Shown piece after piece: positions 54,437-64,000 of a stretch of DNA of 64,000 bases (position 1 is its first letter; every line of letters begins with the position of its first letter). Below the pieces are notes generated by a model that had not been told where the DNA came from, made no database searches, and saw only the letters and a list, made by a program, of their open reading frames with translations. This stretch comes from an uncultured bacterium. GTDB taxonomy: Bacteria > Krumholzibacteriota > Krumholzibacteriia > LZORAL124-64-63. A program made the translations under genes and the position numbers. The stretch covers positions 168,989-232,988 of the forward strand of contig CAVSZB010000004.1 of the NCBI GenBank assembly GCA_963732385.1. The letters are read 5' to 3'.

Positions 54437-55732
54437 GTGTTGAATCGCGTGGTCATCGGCGGGCAGTGGGGCGACGAGGGCAAAGGCAAGATCATCGATG
54501 CCCTTAGTGAGGGGATCGACTGGGTCCTGCGCTACCAGGGCGGCGCGAACGCCGGTCACACCATCAGCACCGGCGGACAGGAGCACGTGCTGCACCTGAT
54601 TCCCTCCGGGGTGTTCCACGAGCACGCCCGCTGCTTCCTCGGCAGCGGCATGGTCGTCGATCCCTGGGAGTTGCGCGACGAGATCGTGGCGCTCGAGGAG
54701 CGGGGAGTGAAAGCGCGGGGGCGGTTGTTCATCTCCGCCGCCGCCCACCTGATCCTGCCCTATCACAAGCGCGTGGACGAGCTGCGCGAGGTGAAGCTGA
54801 AGCGGCGCAGTCTCGGCACGACCGGTCGCGGCATCGGGCCGGCCTACGCCGACAAGGCGATGCGGGCCGGTCTGCGCATGGGCGACCTGCTGCTGCCCAA
54901 GGAGAATCTCGAGCGCAAGGTGATCGAGAAGGTGCTCGACTCGAACGAGGTGCTGTCGGAGTTCTACAAGTCTGATCCGCTGCCGGCCCCGGTCATTGCC
55001 GAGGAGCTCGTCGTGCTGGCCAAGAGCCTGGGGGCGATGATCGTCAACCCGCACGAGGCGCTGGCCGGCGTGCGGCGAGGCGAGGAAAGCGCCCTGTTCG
55101 AAGGGGCGCAGGGCACCATGCTCGACTGGGACCACGGCACCTACCCCTTCGTGACCTCGAGCAACTGCTCGGTCGGCGGCGCTATCGCCGGCACCGGCCT
55201 GCCGCCGCGCTGCCTGGGCGAGATCGAAGGGGTGTTCAAGGCGTACTGCACGCGGGTGGGCAACGGCCCCTTCCCCTCGGAGCTGCTGGCGGAGGAGGGG
55301 GAGTGCCTGCGCAAGCTGGGCGGCGAATTCGGCGCCACCACCGGCCGGCCGCGCCGTTGCGGCTGGTTCGATATGGTCGCCGCCCGCTACGCGGTCGAAC
55401 TGAGCGGCATGACCGGCGTCTACATCACCAAGCTGGACGTGCTCGATTCCCAGGCCACCGTGAAGGTGGCGACCGCCTACGAAATCGACGGCAAGACCAC
55501 GGAGATCTTCCCGCTGCGGGCCGATCGCCTGGCGCGCTGCCGCCCCGTCTACCGCGAACTCCCCGGCTGGCAGCAGCCGACCGTCGACTGCCGGAGCCTG
55601 GCGGATCTGCCCGCCGCCGCCCGCAGCTACCTGTCGTTCCTGCAGGCGGCCCTGGGCGCCCCGATCAAGGCCGTGTCGGTCGGCCGCGCCCGCGAAGCGA
55701 TCATCTGGACCCCTGACGGCGTGGACGTCTGA
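54437..55732 (+). CDS. purA: adenylosuccinate synthetase
   Basis: GQWGDEGKGK, QGGANAGHT, EGAQG, GATTGRPRRCGW, TKLDVL. Confidence 0.98.
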   Translation: MLNRVVIGGQWGDEGKGKIIDALSEGIDWVLRYQGGANAGHTISTGGQEHVLHLIPSGVFHEHARCFLGSGMVVDPWELRDEIVALEERGVKARGRLFISAAAHLILPYHKRVDELREVKLKRRSLGTTGRGIGPAYADKAMRAGLRMGDLLLPKENLERKVIEKVLDSNEVLSEFYKSDPLPAPVIAEELVVLAKSLGAMIVNPHEALAGVRRGEESALFEGAQGTMLDWDHGTYPFVTSSNCSVGGAIAGTGLPPRCLGEIEGVFKAYCTRVGNGPFPSELLAEEGECLRKLGGEFGATTGRPRRCGWFDMVAARYAVELSGMTGVYITKLDVLDSQATVKVATAYEIDGKTTEIFPLRADRLARCRPVYRELPGWQQPTVDCRSLADLPAAARSYLSFLQAALGAPIKAVSVGRAREAIIWTPDGVDV

Positions 55733-55753
55733 CCCGCGCTTCCGCGGTCAGCT

Positions 55754-55782
55754 TTGACACCCCCGCGCGGGTCGTCTATCAT
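55754..55782 (+). promoter_or_regulatory. sigma70 promoter of tRNA-Lys
   Basis: TTGACA, 17 nt, TATCAT. Confidence 0.8.
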
Positions 55783-55799
55783 GCCCCTTATCCTTCGGT

Positions 55800-55875
55800 G
55801 GGCCGCTAGCTCATCAGGCAGAGCATCTCCCTTTTAAGGAGATGGTGTCCGGTTCGAGTCCGGAGCGGCCTACCA
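55800..55875 (+). tRNA. tRNA-Lys (anticodon TTT)
   Basis: Acceptor GGGCCGC/GCGGCCT, discriminator A, CCA; anticodon arm TCTCC-CTTTTAA-GGAGA; GGTTCGAGTCC. Confidence 0.95.
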
Positions 55876-55892
55876 ACAACTTCAAGTGGGAC

Positions 55893-55926
55893 AAGGGCTT
55901 GCCCGGTGGGCGGGCCCTTCTTGTTT
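55893..55926 (+). terminator. intrinsic terminator after tRNA-Lys
   Basis: AAGGGCTTGCCC-ggt-GGGCGGGCCCTT then CTTGTTT. Confidence 0.7.
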
Positions 55927-56068
55927 GCCGCCCTGCGAGCGCGGCCAGGTTGAAGACGCACGAGCCCCCCGCCGCGTCGCCCTCCCGGCTCAGGTCGGGC
56001 CCTTTCGTACCGATACCGGGTGAATACGTGTCGGGTATCCTGGATCGCTATTCGCCGGGAGGGCGGCA

Positions 56069-57070
56069 ATGAAGCCACACGGACGCTCCACTCACGGTCA
56101 GACCGCGCTGCTCGACGCTCCGGAGGGGCGGCCCGAGACCAAGGCCGGCGCGCCGTCGTCGCTCGGACCGGCCGAGGAGCGCGTAAGGGAGCGGAAACCG
56201 GCCCCGGCGAAACCGCACCAGAGCTTCGAGACGGGAAAGTTCCCCTACTCCCGCCACATGAAGCGCGAGCTCTATGACGAGGAGAAGGTGAGGCTCCAGC
56301 AGGAGCTGATGAAGGCGCAGCGCTGGATCGAGGAGACGGGGCAGCGGGTCGTGGCGCTGTTCGAGGGGCGGGACGCGGCGGGCAAGGGCGGTACGATCAA
56401 GCGCTTCATGGAGCATCTGAATCCGCGCACGGCGCGCGTGGTGGCCCTGGCCAAGCCGACCGAACGCGAAGCGTCGCAGTGGTACTTCCAGCGCTACATC
56501 AGCCAGCTGCCGGCGGCGGGCGAGCTGTGCCTGTTCGACCGCTCCTGGTACAACCGCGCCGGCGTGGAGCGGGTCATGGGCTTCTGCACGCCCAACGAGT
56601 ACCTCGAGTTCATGCGGCAGTGCCCCGAGTTCGAGCGGATGCTCGTCCGCTCCGGCATCATCCTGCTCAAATACTGGTTCTCGGTGACCCAGGAGGAGCA
56701 GCGGCGCCGGTTCGCGCAGCGCATGAAGGACCCGCTCAAGCAGTGGAAACTCTCGCCCATCGACCTCGCCTCGCTCGACAAGTGGGATGATTACACCGAG
56801 GCCAAGGAGGCGACGTTCTTCTACACGGACACCGCCGATGCCCCCTGGACCATCGTCAAGTCCGACGACAAGAAACGGGCGAGGATCAGCTGCCTCCAGC
56901 ACTTTCTCGCCACGCTCCCGTACCCGAACAAGGATCGCGCGATCGTGAGCGGTCCCGATCCGCTGATCGTCGGCGCGACCCGGCAGGTGCTCGGCGAGGC
57001 TGGACGCTGGGATGTGCTGCCCGCGGCGCCCGAGTTGGTGTCGGCAGCCCGTACCGGCCCCTCCCGGTAG
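56069..57070 (+). CDS. ppk2: polyphosphate kinase 2 (class I-like)
   Basis: FEGRDAAGKGG, WYFQRY, FDRSWYNRAGVERVMGF, WKLSPID. Confidence 0.96.
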   Translation: MKPHGRSTHGQTALLDAPEGRPETKAGAPSSLGPAEERVRERKPAPAKPHQSFETGKFPYSRHMKRELYDEEKVRLQQELMKAQRWIEETGQRVVALFEGRDAAGKGGTIKRFMEHLNPRTARVVALAKPTEREASQWYFQRYISQLPAAGELCLFDRSWYNRAGVERVMGFCTPNEYLEFMRQCPEFERMLVRSGIILLKYWFSVTQEEQRRRFAQRMKDPLKQWKLSPIDLASLDKWDDYTEAKEATFFYTDTADAPWTIVKSDDKKRARISCLQHFLATLPYPNKDRAIVSGPDPLIVGATRQVLGEAGRWDVLPAAPELVSAARTGPSR

Positions 57071-57140
57071 CCCCCGCCCGCCGTGGTCTGCCAGATGATT
57101 CCGGGCGCTCGGCGGATCGCCCGGGAGGGGAACAGGGAGC

Positions 57141-58550
57141 TCAGGGCAAAGGCGATGACTCGACCAGGATGCCCTGCTCGAAGCGCAGGTGCCCGTTCAG
57201 CCAGGCGCGGTCCCACAGGTGTTCGCTTGCGCCCCCCTGGGTGAATTTCGTGAGCAGGTGGTCGCTGATTCCCAGGAAAGTCGGACGCAGCTCCGCGTCG
57301 AAATCCACACTGTAGTAATCGTCTTTCTGATGGCCGATGCTGGCCTGGATGCCCACGGTGCCGTCTTGCCTGTTGAACGTTCGGGCTTCGAAGGCCTCGA
57401 TGCGATCCCGGGTGCCGATAGCTCGGAGCGCCTCCTCCGGCCAGATCGGGATGACGATCCGCACGAGCGACGAATCCGGGGTTCCGCACCCGGGCGAGGT
57501 CAGCGGATCGATGGCGGCACCGGTGCGGTGCTCGTCATCGAGGATGAAGATGGTGGCCCCGTTGTAGGCCGGCGCGTTGTTGGTGCCGGCGCAGATGATC
57601 TCGTCTTTCCCGTCGGAATCCGTGTCCGCGATGTGGATGTCGTAGACGTGGCCCCGGTTGGCATACTGGGATTCGATCGCGCCGTCGCGGCCGACGACGC
57701 AGACGACGCTGGGGAACCACTTGTTGTGGATGAAATTGACGACGATTTCCCGCCGGTCGTCGCCGTCAAGATCGGCTTCCAGGATGTCCCGGCAGTGGAA
57801 CGCACCGCTGTAGACGAACTGCGGATCGAAAGCCTGCGCCAGCGGAGCAAGATCGGGTTCGATGTCCCAGAGCGTCTTGCCGCTCTTGAGATCCAGCGCC
57901 AGCAGCTGGCCACCTCCGGCCCTCTGGGCGGCAAGCCCGACGAGCAGGATGTCGTCGTCCCAGGGAGATACGCGCCAGCACTGAATGGCATTGGCGAAAT
58001 CCTGCCGCCAGAGAAGGCGCCCCAGCAGGGCGTCGTGGACTTCGACGATGCCGTCGGACTCACGCACCTGGAATTTTCGGCCGGGACCGCCGGCCACGAC
58101 CAGGAGCACGCTCGCCGTCAGCAACAGGGCGGCGGCGGCGAGGGCGATCCGGCCGGGACGGTGTCTCGAGGCGACGGTGGGCGCCGGTGGAGGCGGCGAG
58201 GTCGCTGGAAACTGGGACGTGGGGGGTGAAGGCGTTGCAGGTGCAGTCTTTGCGGAGTCTGCCACCGGGATCTGCCCGCGGTCGTTCTCGGCCGGATCGC
58301 CCGAAACAGGTGCAGAAGTCTTCCCGTTCAAGAGATCGGCATAGGTCACTTCAAGCACCTTGGCCAGGAGCATGATCGTCTGGACTTGTGCCCGGTCGCG
58401 CCGGCCGGACTCGAGTTCGTGGACGGAACGGGGAGAGATCTCGGCGCGGAAGGCGAGGTCGGTTTGAGTCAAATACCTATGTTCTCGCAAGTTACGCAGG
58501 CGCTCAGGAAAATCGTCGGGAAGTTCGACAATGCCGGCGGTCAATGGCAC
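57141..58550 (-). CDS. XRE-type HTH + single TM + extracytoplasmic FG-GAP-like/beta-propeller domain
   Basis: LRNLR..LTQTDLAFRAEIS..HELESG HTH; Pro-rich linker; TM ALAAAALLLTASVLLVV; ADLDGDDRREI and ADTDSDGKDEI loops. Start uncertain. Confidence 0.8.
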   Translation of the reverse strand: MPLTAGIVELPDDFPERLRNLREHRYLTQTDLAFRAEISPRSVHELESGRRDRAQVQTIMLLAKVLEVTYADLLNGKTSAPVSGDPAENDRGQIPVADSAKTAPATPSPPTSQFPATSPPPPAPTVASRHRPGRIALAAAALLLTASVLLVVAGGPGRKFQVRESDGIVEVHDALLGRLLWRQDFANAIQCWRVSPWDDDILLVGLAAQRAGGGQLLALDLKSGKTLWDIEPDLAPLAQAFDPQFVYSGAFHCRDILEADLDGDDRREIVVNFIHNKWFPSVVCVVGRDGAIESQYANRGHVYDIHIADTDSDGKDEIICAGTNNAPAYNGATIFILDDEHRTGAAIDPLTSPGCGTPDSSLVRIVIPIWPEEALRAIGTRDRIEAFEARTFNRQDGTVGIQASIGHQKDDYYSVDFDAELRPTFLGISDHLLTKFTQGGASEHLWDRAWLNGHLRFEQGILVESSPLP

Positions 58551-58870
58551 ACCCTTCAGATGATTGATGACTGCGGCGGATCCAATTGGATATGCGTCTC
58601 ATTCTACATCGGGATTCACATGTTTTCCAGCCGATTCCAGCCGATGCGATTGATCGCCTCCGTGCCGTTAGCCAGGATAGCGCTCGTGGGGCGGGGGTGT
58701 CGTTTGCGATGGTTTTTGGGCGAGAGCCGTCGTGGGTGATGCCTCCGCCTCAGATCACCGACTCGGATACCTAAAGTACAGAAACTTCAGTCTGCTGGTT
58801 GATCGATTATCCATCCCGACGCCTTGTGAAAATCGTTGGCAATGTTGCTGTATTTCGCGATAATCACCAC

Positions 58871-60046
58871 TTGAGCGAACCGCCAGTCAACTTCCATAGA
58901 TTGCTGGTCTTGCCGTGGTCTCTCAACCCCGTCACGGGTTCGGCTGCGGCATTTCTGTGGGGGCCTCGCCAGTCAGGCAAGACCACGCTGTTGCACCAGC
59001 GCTTCCCTACGGCCCGCTTCTACGACCTGCTGGACACCACGTTGAGCGCCGAGCTGAGCGTTACGCCGAAGTTGTTGCGGGAGCAGATCCTCGCTACCCG
59101 ACCGCCGGTCGTCGTGGTGGATGAAATCCAGAAAGTGCCGGCCCTGCTGGAAGAGGTGCACTGGCTGCTCGAAAACACCGCCACGCGCTTCCTGCTGTGC
59201 GGGTCCAGCGCGCGCACGCTGCGGCGGCGCGCCCGCAATCTGCTGGGTGGACGGGCGGTCGAACATCATCTGCTGCCGCTGACGAGCCGCGAGATCCCCG
59301 ACCTCGATCTGGACCGGTACCTCCACCACGGCGGTCTGCCCGTCCATTATCTGGTTGACGAGCCGTCCCCCCGGCTGAAGGCCTACGTGAACGCGTACAT
59401 CCGCGAGGAGATCATCGGCGAATCGGCGACGCGCAATGTTCCCGCCTTCGCCCGCTTCCTCCAGGTTGTCGCGCTGATGCATGCCCAGCAGCTCAACTAC
59501 GCGAATATCGCGCGCGAAACGGGGGTCTCGCCGAGCACGGTCCGCAACTACTTCCAGATCCTCGATGACACGCTGCTGGGATACACGCTGGAGCCGTGGC
59601 GGAAAAGCTCACGGCGCCGTCTCGTCGAGACCGCGAAGTACTACCTGTTCGATGTGGGCGTCGCGCGCGCTCTGCACCCGGAGGCGACCGTGGTGGTCGA
59701 GGGCTCGGATCTGTACGGCCGCGCCTTCGAACACTTTCTGCTGAATGAAGTGCGTGCGTACCTTGCCTACCATCGAGATGACCGTCCGCTGACGTTCTGG
59801 CGGACCCACTCGGGCTACGAAGTCGACCTCATCGTCGGCGACCTCGAGGCGGCCATCGAAATCAAGTCGGGCCGCCATGTCCGAGCCGCCGATTTCCGGG
59901 GGCTCAGGGCGCTGAAGGAGGAACATCGGGTCGGTCGGGCGATCATCGTCGCGCGCACGGATGAACCCCGCACCACCGACGACGGGATCGAGATCCTGCC
60001 CTGGCGACTGTTCTGCGCGCAGCTCTGGGACGGAGCGCTGGCCTGA
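58871..60046 (+). CDS. AAA+ ATPase with DUF4143 domain
   Basis: WGPRQSGKTTL, VDEIQK, LCGSS, KYYLFDVG, FWRT..YEVD..IEIKS. Start uncertain (58799-58915). Confidence 0.9.
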   Translation: MSEPPVNFHRLLVLPWSLNPVTGSAAAFLWGPRQSGKTTLLHQRFPTARFYDLLDTTLSAELSVTPKLLREQILATRPPVVVVDEIQKVPALLEEVHWLLENTATRFLLCGSSARTLRRRARNLLGGRAVEHHLLPLTSREIPDLDLDRYLHHGGLPVHYLVDEPSPRLKAYVNAYIREEIIGESATRNVPAFARFLQVVALMHAQQLNYANIARETGVSPSTVRNYFQILDDTLLGYTLEPWRKSSRRRLVETAKYYLFDVGVARALHPEATVVVEGSDLYGRAFEHFLLNEVRAYLAYHRDDRPLTFWRTHSGYEVDLIVGDLEAAIEIKSGRHVRAADFRGLRALKEEHRVGRAIIVARTDEPRTTDDGIEILPWRLFCAQLWDGALA

Positions 60047-60061
60047 GCTACGGCATAAGCG

Positions 60062-60095
60062 GGAAGGCCGCGATCCCGTGGGGCCGCGGCCTTCC
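60062..60095. terminator. GC-rich hairpin between convergent genes
   Basis: GGAAGGCCGCG...CGCGGCCTTCC inverted repeat. Confidence 0.55.
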
Positions 60096-60118
60096 GATTT
60101 CACGACGGTCGTGCCTGG

Positions 60119-62090
60119 TCAGGCCTTTCCGCCCTTGCCCCCCTTGCCCGGTTTGCCCGCCGCCGCCCGCTGCTGCTGGAGCTGGGTCCAGGTGCGGTCG
60201 AATTCGGCGACGGTCTTTTCGAACAGGTCGAGCATGTCGAGGATGGGGCGCGGCGTTTCGAGGTCGACGCCGGCGTTGCGCAGCAGGGTCAGGGGGGGGG
60301 CGGAGGCGCCCTGCTTGAGCAGACCGTTGATGTAGCGGTCGGCTGCGGGCTGGCCGCCGGCGGTGATCTGCGTGGCGAGCGAGAGGCCGCTCGTGAGGCC
60401 GGTCGCGTAGGAGAAGACGTAGAAGTTGTAATAGAAGTGGGGGATGAAGGCCCACTCCACCTCATCGTTCTCGCCCATCGCGTAGTCCGGGCCGTAGTAT
60501 TTCTGGATCAGTTCCCTGTACGTCGCGTCGAGGAAGGCGGCCGTGAGCGGCTCGCCCTGCTCGGCGTGCGCGTGGAAGCGCTGCTCGAAATCGGCGAACA
60601 GCGTCTGGCGGAAGATGGTGAGGCGGATGCTCTCGAGGCGCTGGTTGAGCAGGTTCAATCGCTGCGGGATGTCGGTCGTGCGGGCCAGCATGTGGTCGAG
60701 CAGCAGCGCCTCGTTGCAGGTGGAGGCGACTTCGGCCAGGAAGGTCGGTGTAGCCGGAGTAGACCGCCGGCTGGTTGCGGTTGCTGTAGACGGAATGGAT
60801 GGCGTGACCGATTCGTGCGCCGTGGTCGAGACCGCGTCGAGGCTGTTGTCGTAGTTCAGCAGGATGAACGGGTGCGACGAGCGCGCGCTGCCGTTGCTGT
60901 AGGCGCCGCCTCGCTTGCCCTCGTTCGGGTAGACGTCGACCCAGCCGTGGGCGGGGTCGAGACCGGCGCGCAGCTGCGCGAGGTAGTCGGGGCCGAGCGG
61001 CTTGAGGCCGGCCACGATCATCTCCTGCGCCTGGGCGTAGGGGTAGTTCTCCTCCACCTCATCCACGAGCGGATTGTAGAGGTTCGCGAAGGTGACCGGG
61101 CCGTCGAGGTCGAGCACCTTGCGGCGCAGGGCGACGTACTTGTGCAGCGAGCGGCCGAGGTTCGCGCCGATCGTCTCCACCAGCATGTTGTAGGCGGCGG
61201 GGGAGATGTGCGTCGGGGGTCAGCGCCGCCTCGAGGCAGGAGGCGTAACCGCGCGCGTCCTTGTTCATGATGTGGGCCTTGACCGCGCCGTCGAGCGAGG
61301 TGGCCAGCGTGTTCTCGTACTGGCGGAGGGTGGCGAAGAACGAATCGGCCGCCTGCCGGCGCACGTTGTAGACGGGGGAGGAGCGGTAGCGGCTGAAGCC
61401 GGTGAGGGTGAGCGGGACCGAGCGGCCCTGTTCGTCGACCAGCTGGGGGAACTCGACGTCGAGGTTCAGCATCGCCTCGTGCATCGCGGCCGGCACCTCG
61501 GCCAGGTTGCCGGTCAGTGCGAGGATCTTTTCCTCGCCCGGACGACAGCGTGTGGGCCTTGAGGCGGCGCACATTCTGCAGGTAGAAGCGATAGGTCCCG
61601 CCCAGGCCCGCGTGCCGGGCCTGGAAGCCGTCGAGCACCCCCTGATCGATGGCCAGCAGTTCGGGCTCGACGTAGGAGATCGCCTGCCCGAAGGCGGGCA
61701 ACAGCATCTGGATGCGGCCGGTCCGCACCTTGTTCTCGTCGACGCTCTGGTCGCCGTTGAAGCGGCTGTCGGCGTACAGGTAGAGCGTGTAGAGCCGGTC
61801 GCGCAGACGGTAGAGGGTTTCGAGGCAGTCGTAGATCGCCTCGGGGATTCGCCCAGTTTGCCGCGCCACTGATCGAGGGAGGGCAGTTCGGCGCTCGCCG
61901 CCGCGAACTCCTGCTCCCACGCCTCGACGGTGGGGAAGAGATGGCCCGGCTGCCACTGGAAACTGCCCGGCACGGAGGCGCGGGGAGCCGAGGGATCGGG
62001 ATCGTAGGCCAGGGCGGCGCCGGCGGCCAAAACGCCCAGGGCGAGCGTCAGACCGGCGAATACACGGCTGAGGTGTCGAGAACAGTTCAT
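60119..62090 (-). CDS. pepF: oligoendopeptidase F (M3B) with signal peptide; multiple frameshifts, probably sequencing errors
   Basis: Pieces in three frames: GKRGGAYS, HPFILLNY, HE/GHAIH, AEVAST.NE, RQTLFADFE, WAFIPHFYYNFYVFSYATG; frame changes near 61845, 61540, 61210, 60811, 60746. Confidence 0.88.
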
Positions 62091-62124
62091 GCGGAACCTC
62101 CCGAACCGGACTCTGGGGTGATCG

Positions 62125-62156
62125 AAAACAGACCCGGCCCTGAAGGGGGCCGGGTC
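62125..62156 (-). terminator. intrinsic terminator after the propeller gene
   Basis: On the minus strand GACCCGGCCC-loop-GGGCCGGGTC followed by TGTTTT. Confidence 0.65.
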
Positions 62157-62193
62157 CGGAGAAATAGCGATCGCGCGGCGCGAGGCGACGCGC

Positions 62194-63286
62194 TCAACGC
62201 AGCGGCCGGCCAAACCTGTCGGTCTCGACGGCGTCGACCGGGAGCGTCTTCGCCGCCGGCAGTGGCACGGTGAGGGTCGACCAGACGCTGCCGTCCCAGT
62301 GCACCAGCGCACCGTCGTATCCGACGGCGTAGATGTCATCGGCAGCGCTGCCCCAGATGCCGGAGAGCCAGAAGCCTCCGTCGTAGACGAGCGCCGTGCT
62401 CGTGCCGTCCGCGCTGCGCCGCACGATGTCCCCGTCGCGGGTCACGAAGTAGTAGGTCAACGCGTCGGGTGTGCCCCACATGTCGTCCACGGCGATGGTG
62501 GAGGGGCTGCTCACCTCGAGCCACGACAGCTCCGGTTGCAGTACGGTACAGCCTGCCGGTGTCGCTGGCCAGCCAGTTGTCCGGGATGTTCGCGCCGCCC
62601 CAGCCGGTGTTGATCCAGTCTCCGCTGTCGATGTGGCCGCGGCGCCAGCGGGTGGGCTTGGTGTCGGTCATCAGAGCCACGCCGTCGCTGCCGCTGATGG
62701 CGTAGGGCGTCACGGAGGTGAGCGCCACGATCTGGAAGCGGCTGCGCAGGAGCGTGTCTTCAGGGGCGGTGCCGGCCGCGTTGTAGAGCATGGCCGTGTC
62801 GGGCGTGGCCACCCAGTTCCCGCCGTCGAGACGGAACAGCGACCGCCTTTTCGCCGCGATGTAGATCGCATTGCCGGGGCCGCGCCGACGGAGTAGACGG
62901 TTGCGGCTCGTGCCGCTGCCCATCTGCGACCAGCCGGAGCCGTTGAAGTGGTACACGAGCCCCTTGTGGCCGACCACAAAGACGTCCGTCGGTCCGGTGC
63001 CCCACACGGCGGTGAGGGTTTCGCTGGTGCCGAGGGACTGCAGAGCCCACTCCGTCCCGTTCCAGTGGAGCAGGACGCCGGGTCGGCCGACGATGTAGAT
63101 ATCGTCCGGCCCGCTGCCCCAGATGTCGAGCAGCCAGGGCAGGCTGGTCGTCTCCGGCGGCGGGTCGTAGGTGAAGGACTTCGTCTTCTCGCCGCAGCCG
63201 ACCAGGCCGAGCAGCAGAAGGCCCGTCAGGAGGGCGGCGCCGCAGGCGAGCAGTCGTCCGTGGCGGCCGGGATGGCGACCGGTCAT
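62194..63286 (-). CDS. beta-propeller repeat lipoprotein, frameshifted
   Basis: Lipobox LVG-C; repeats of WGSGPDDIYIVG..LLHWNG..W type; C-terminal repeats continue in ORF 62194..62514. Confidence 0.75.
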
Positions 63287-63424
63287 GGCCAATTCTCCCT
63301 CGTGCATGTCTGCCAGAACCCTTCGGGGAAGGCGTGGGGGTTTCCGTTCCGCTTCCATCCCGGCGCCGGCCGGCCGGCCCCGGGGTGCGGCAGCCGCCCG
63401 CCAGGGGCGGCCATCCGACTGATG

Positions 63425-63453
63425 AATGTATGACCGGGCGCGGGGAAAGTCCA
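63425..63453 (-). promoter_or_regulatory. putative promoter of the propeller lipoprotein gene
   Basis: Minus strand TGGACT, 17 nt, TACATT. Confidence 0.45.
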
Positions 63454-63578
63454 CCCTTGGCTGGGGGGGGGGCGGACCGGAAGCGGCGCTTGCCGCCACC
63501 GCCTCCCGGGGCGAAATTGCGAATCGATCACCAGCCCCCGCCCGGGGCCCGGCGGTGTCCGCTGCGCGGGGAGTCGTC

Positions 63579-64000
63579 ATGGCCGTTCCCGTGACCTCGG
63601 TCCTGGGGCCAGGTTTCGATCTGTTCGCCGGTATTGACGATCTGCGGCGCCGCCTCAACGCGGTCATCCTGGCGCACTACTACCAGGAGCCGGACATCCA
63701 GGACGTGGCCGACTTCATCGGCGACAGCCTGGCGCTGGCCCGGCAGGCCGCGGCGACCGGGGCCGACGTCATCGTGTTCGCCGGGGTCCATTTCGTGGCC
63801 GAGACGGCCAAAGTCCTGATCCGGACCGACAGGTCCTGCTGCCGACCTGCGCGACGGCCGGCTCCAGCTCCGGCGGATGGCTGTCCGGCCGAGCCTTCTG
63901 TCGCCCTTCGTGGCGCGGCACCCTGGTCACCGGGTATCAGCTACATCAACTGCTTCCGGCCGCACACCAAGGCGTCAGCGACGTGATCTGCACCTCGTCC
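63579..64000 (+). CDS. nadA: quinolinate synthase NadA, 3' partial, frameshifted
   Basis: [34 protein letters not shown]; later SYINC and, in another frame, DVICTSS at the window end. Confidence 0.9.

Noticed and set aside
55800..60100. Prophage or integrative element at tRNA-Lys
   Set aside because: No integrase, phage genes or att duplication visible.
60119..64000. Programmed frameshifting or true pseudogenes
   Set aside because: Indels are numerous, lack slippery-site context and cluster at the window end, which fits sequencing error better.

Overview
High-GC bacterial chromosomal window, mostly core genome. Taxonomy is my inference only: the gene set and a C-terminal [ST]WGxLKSx[YF] motif recall Latescibacterota/Krumholzibacteriota-like FCB relatives. 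In order: partial M28 peptidase; rimP-nusA-L7Ae-infB-(rbfA::DHH/NrnA fusion)-truB-ribF; an octaheme c-type lipoprotein coupled to a Gfo/Idh/MocA oxidoreductase; an exported lamin-tail protein; a ~32 kb block for peptide, branched-chain amino acid and propionyl-CoA catabolism (meaB, split methylmalonyl-CoA mutase, three acyl-CoA dehydrogenases, thiolase, Hbd, epimerase, acyl-CoA carboxylase, crotonase, VOR, Ald-family enzyme, CoA transferase), interleaved with pepA-MATE-xseAB-ABC-2 genes; an orphan sigma54 response regulator; tRNA-Leu-tig-clpP-clpX-lon-engB; a small exported temptin-like CxxCH protein; purA; tRNA-Lys; ppk2; an XRE-TM-FG-GAP protein; an AAA/DUF4143 ATPase; then pepF, a beta-propeller lipoprotein and nadA, all three riddled with indels that are probably sequencing errors. 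The best candidate for an undescribed system is a short C-terminal motif shared by two unrelated exported proteins, possibly a protein-sorting signal. Next are the heme-binding temptin homologue, the RbfA-NrnA fusion, the octaheme lipoprotein operon and the membrane-anchored XRE sensor. No CRISPR array, rRNA, integrase or transposase was seen. All family calls come from motif recognition by eye, not database searches.
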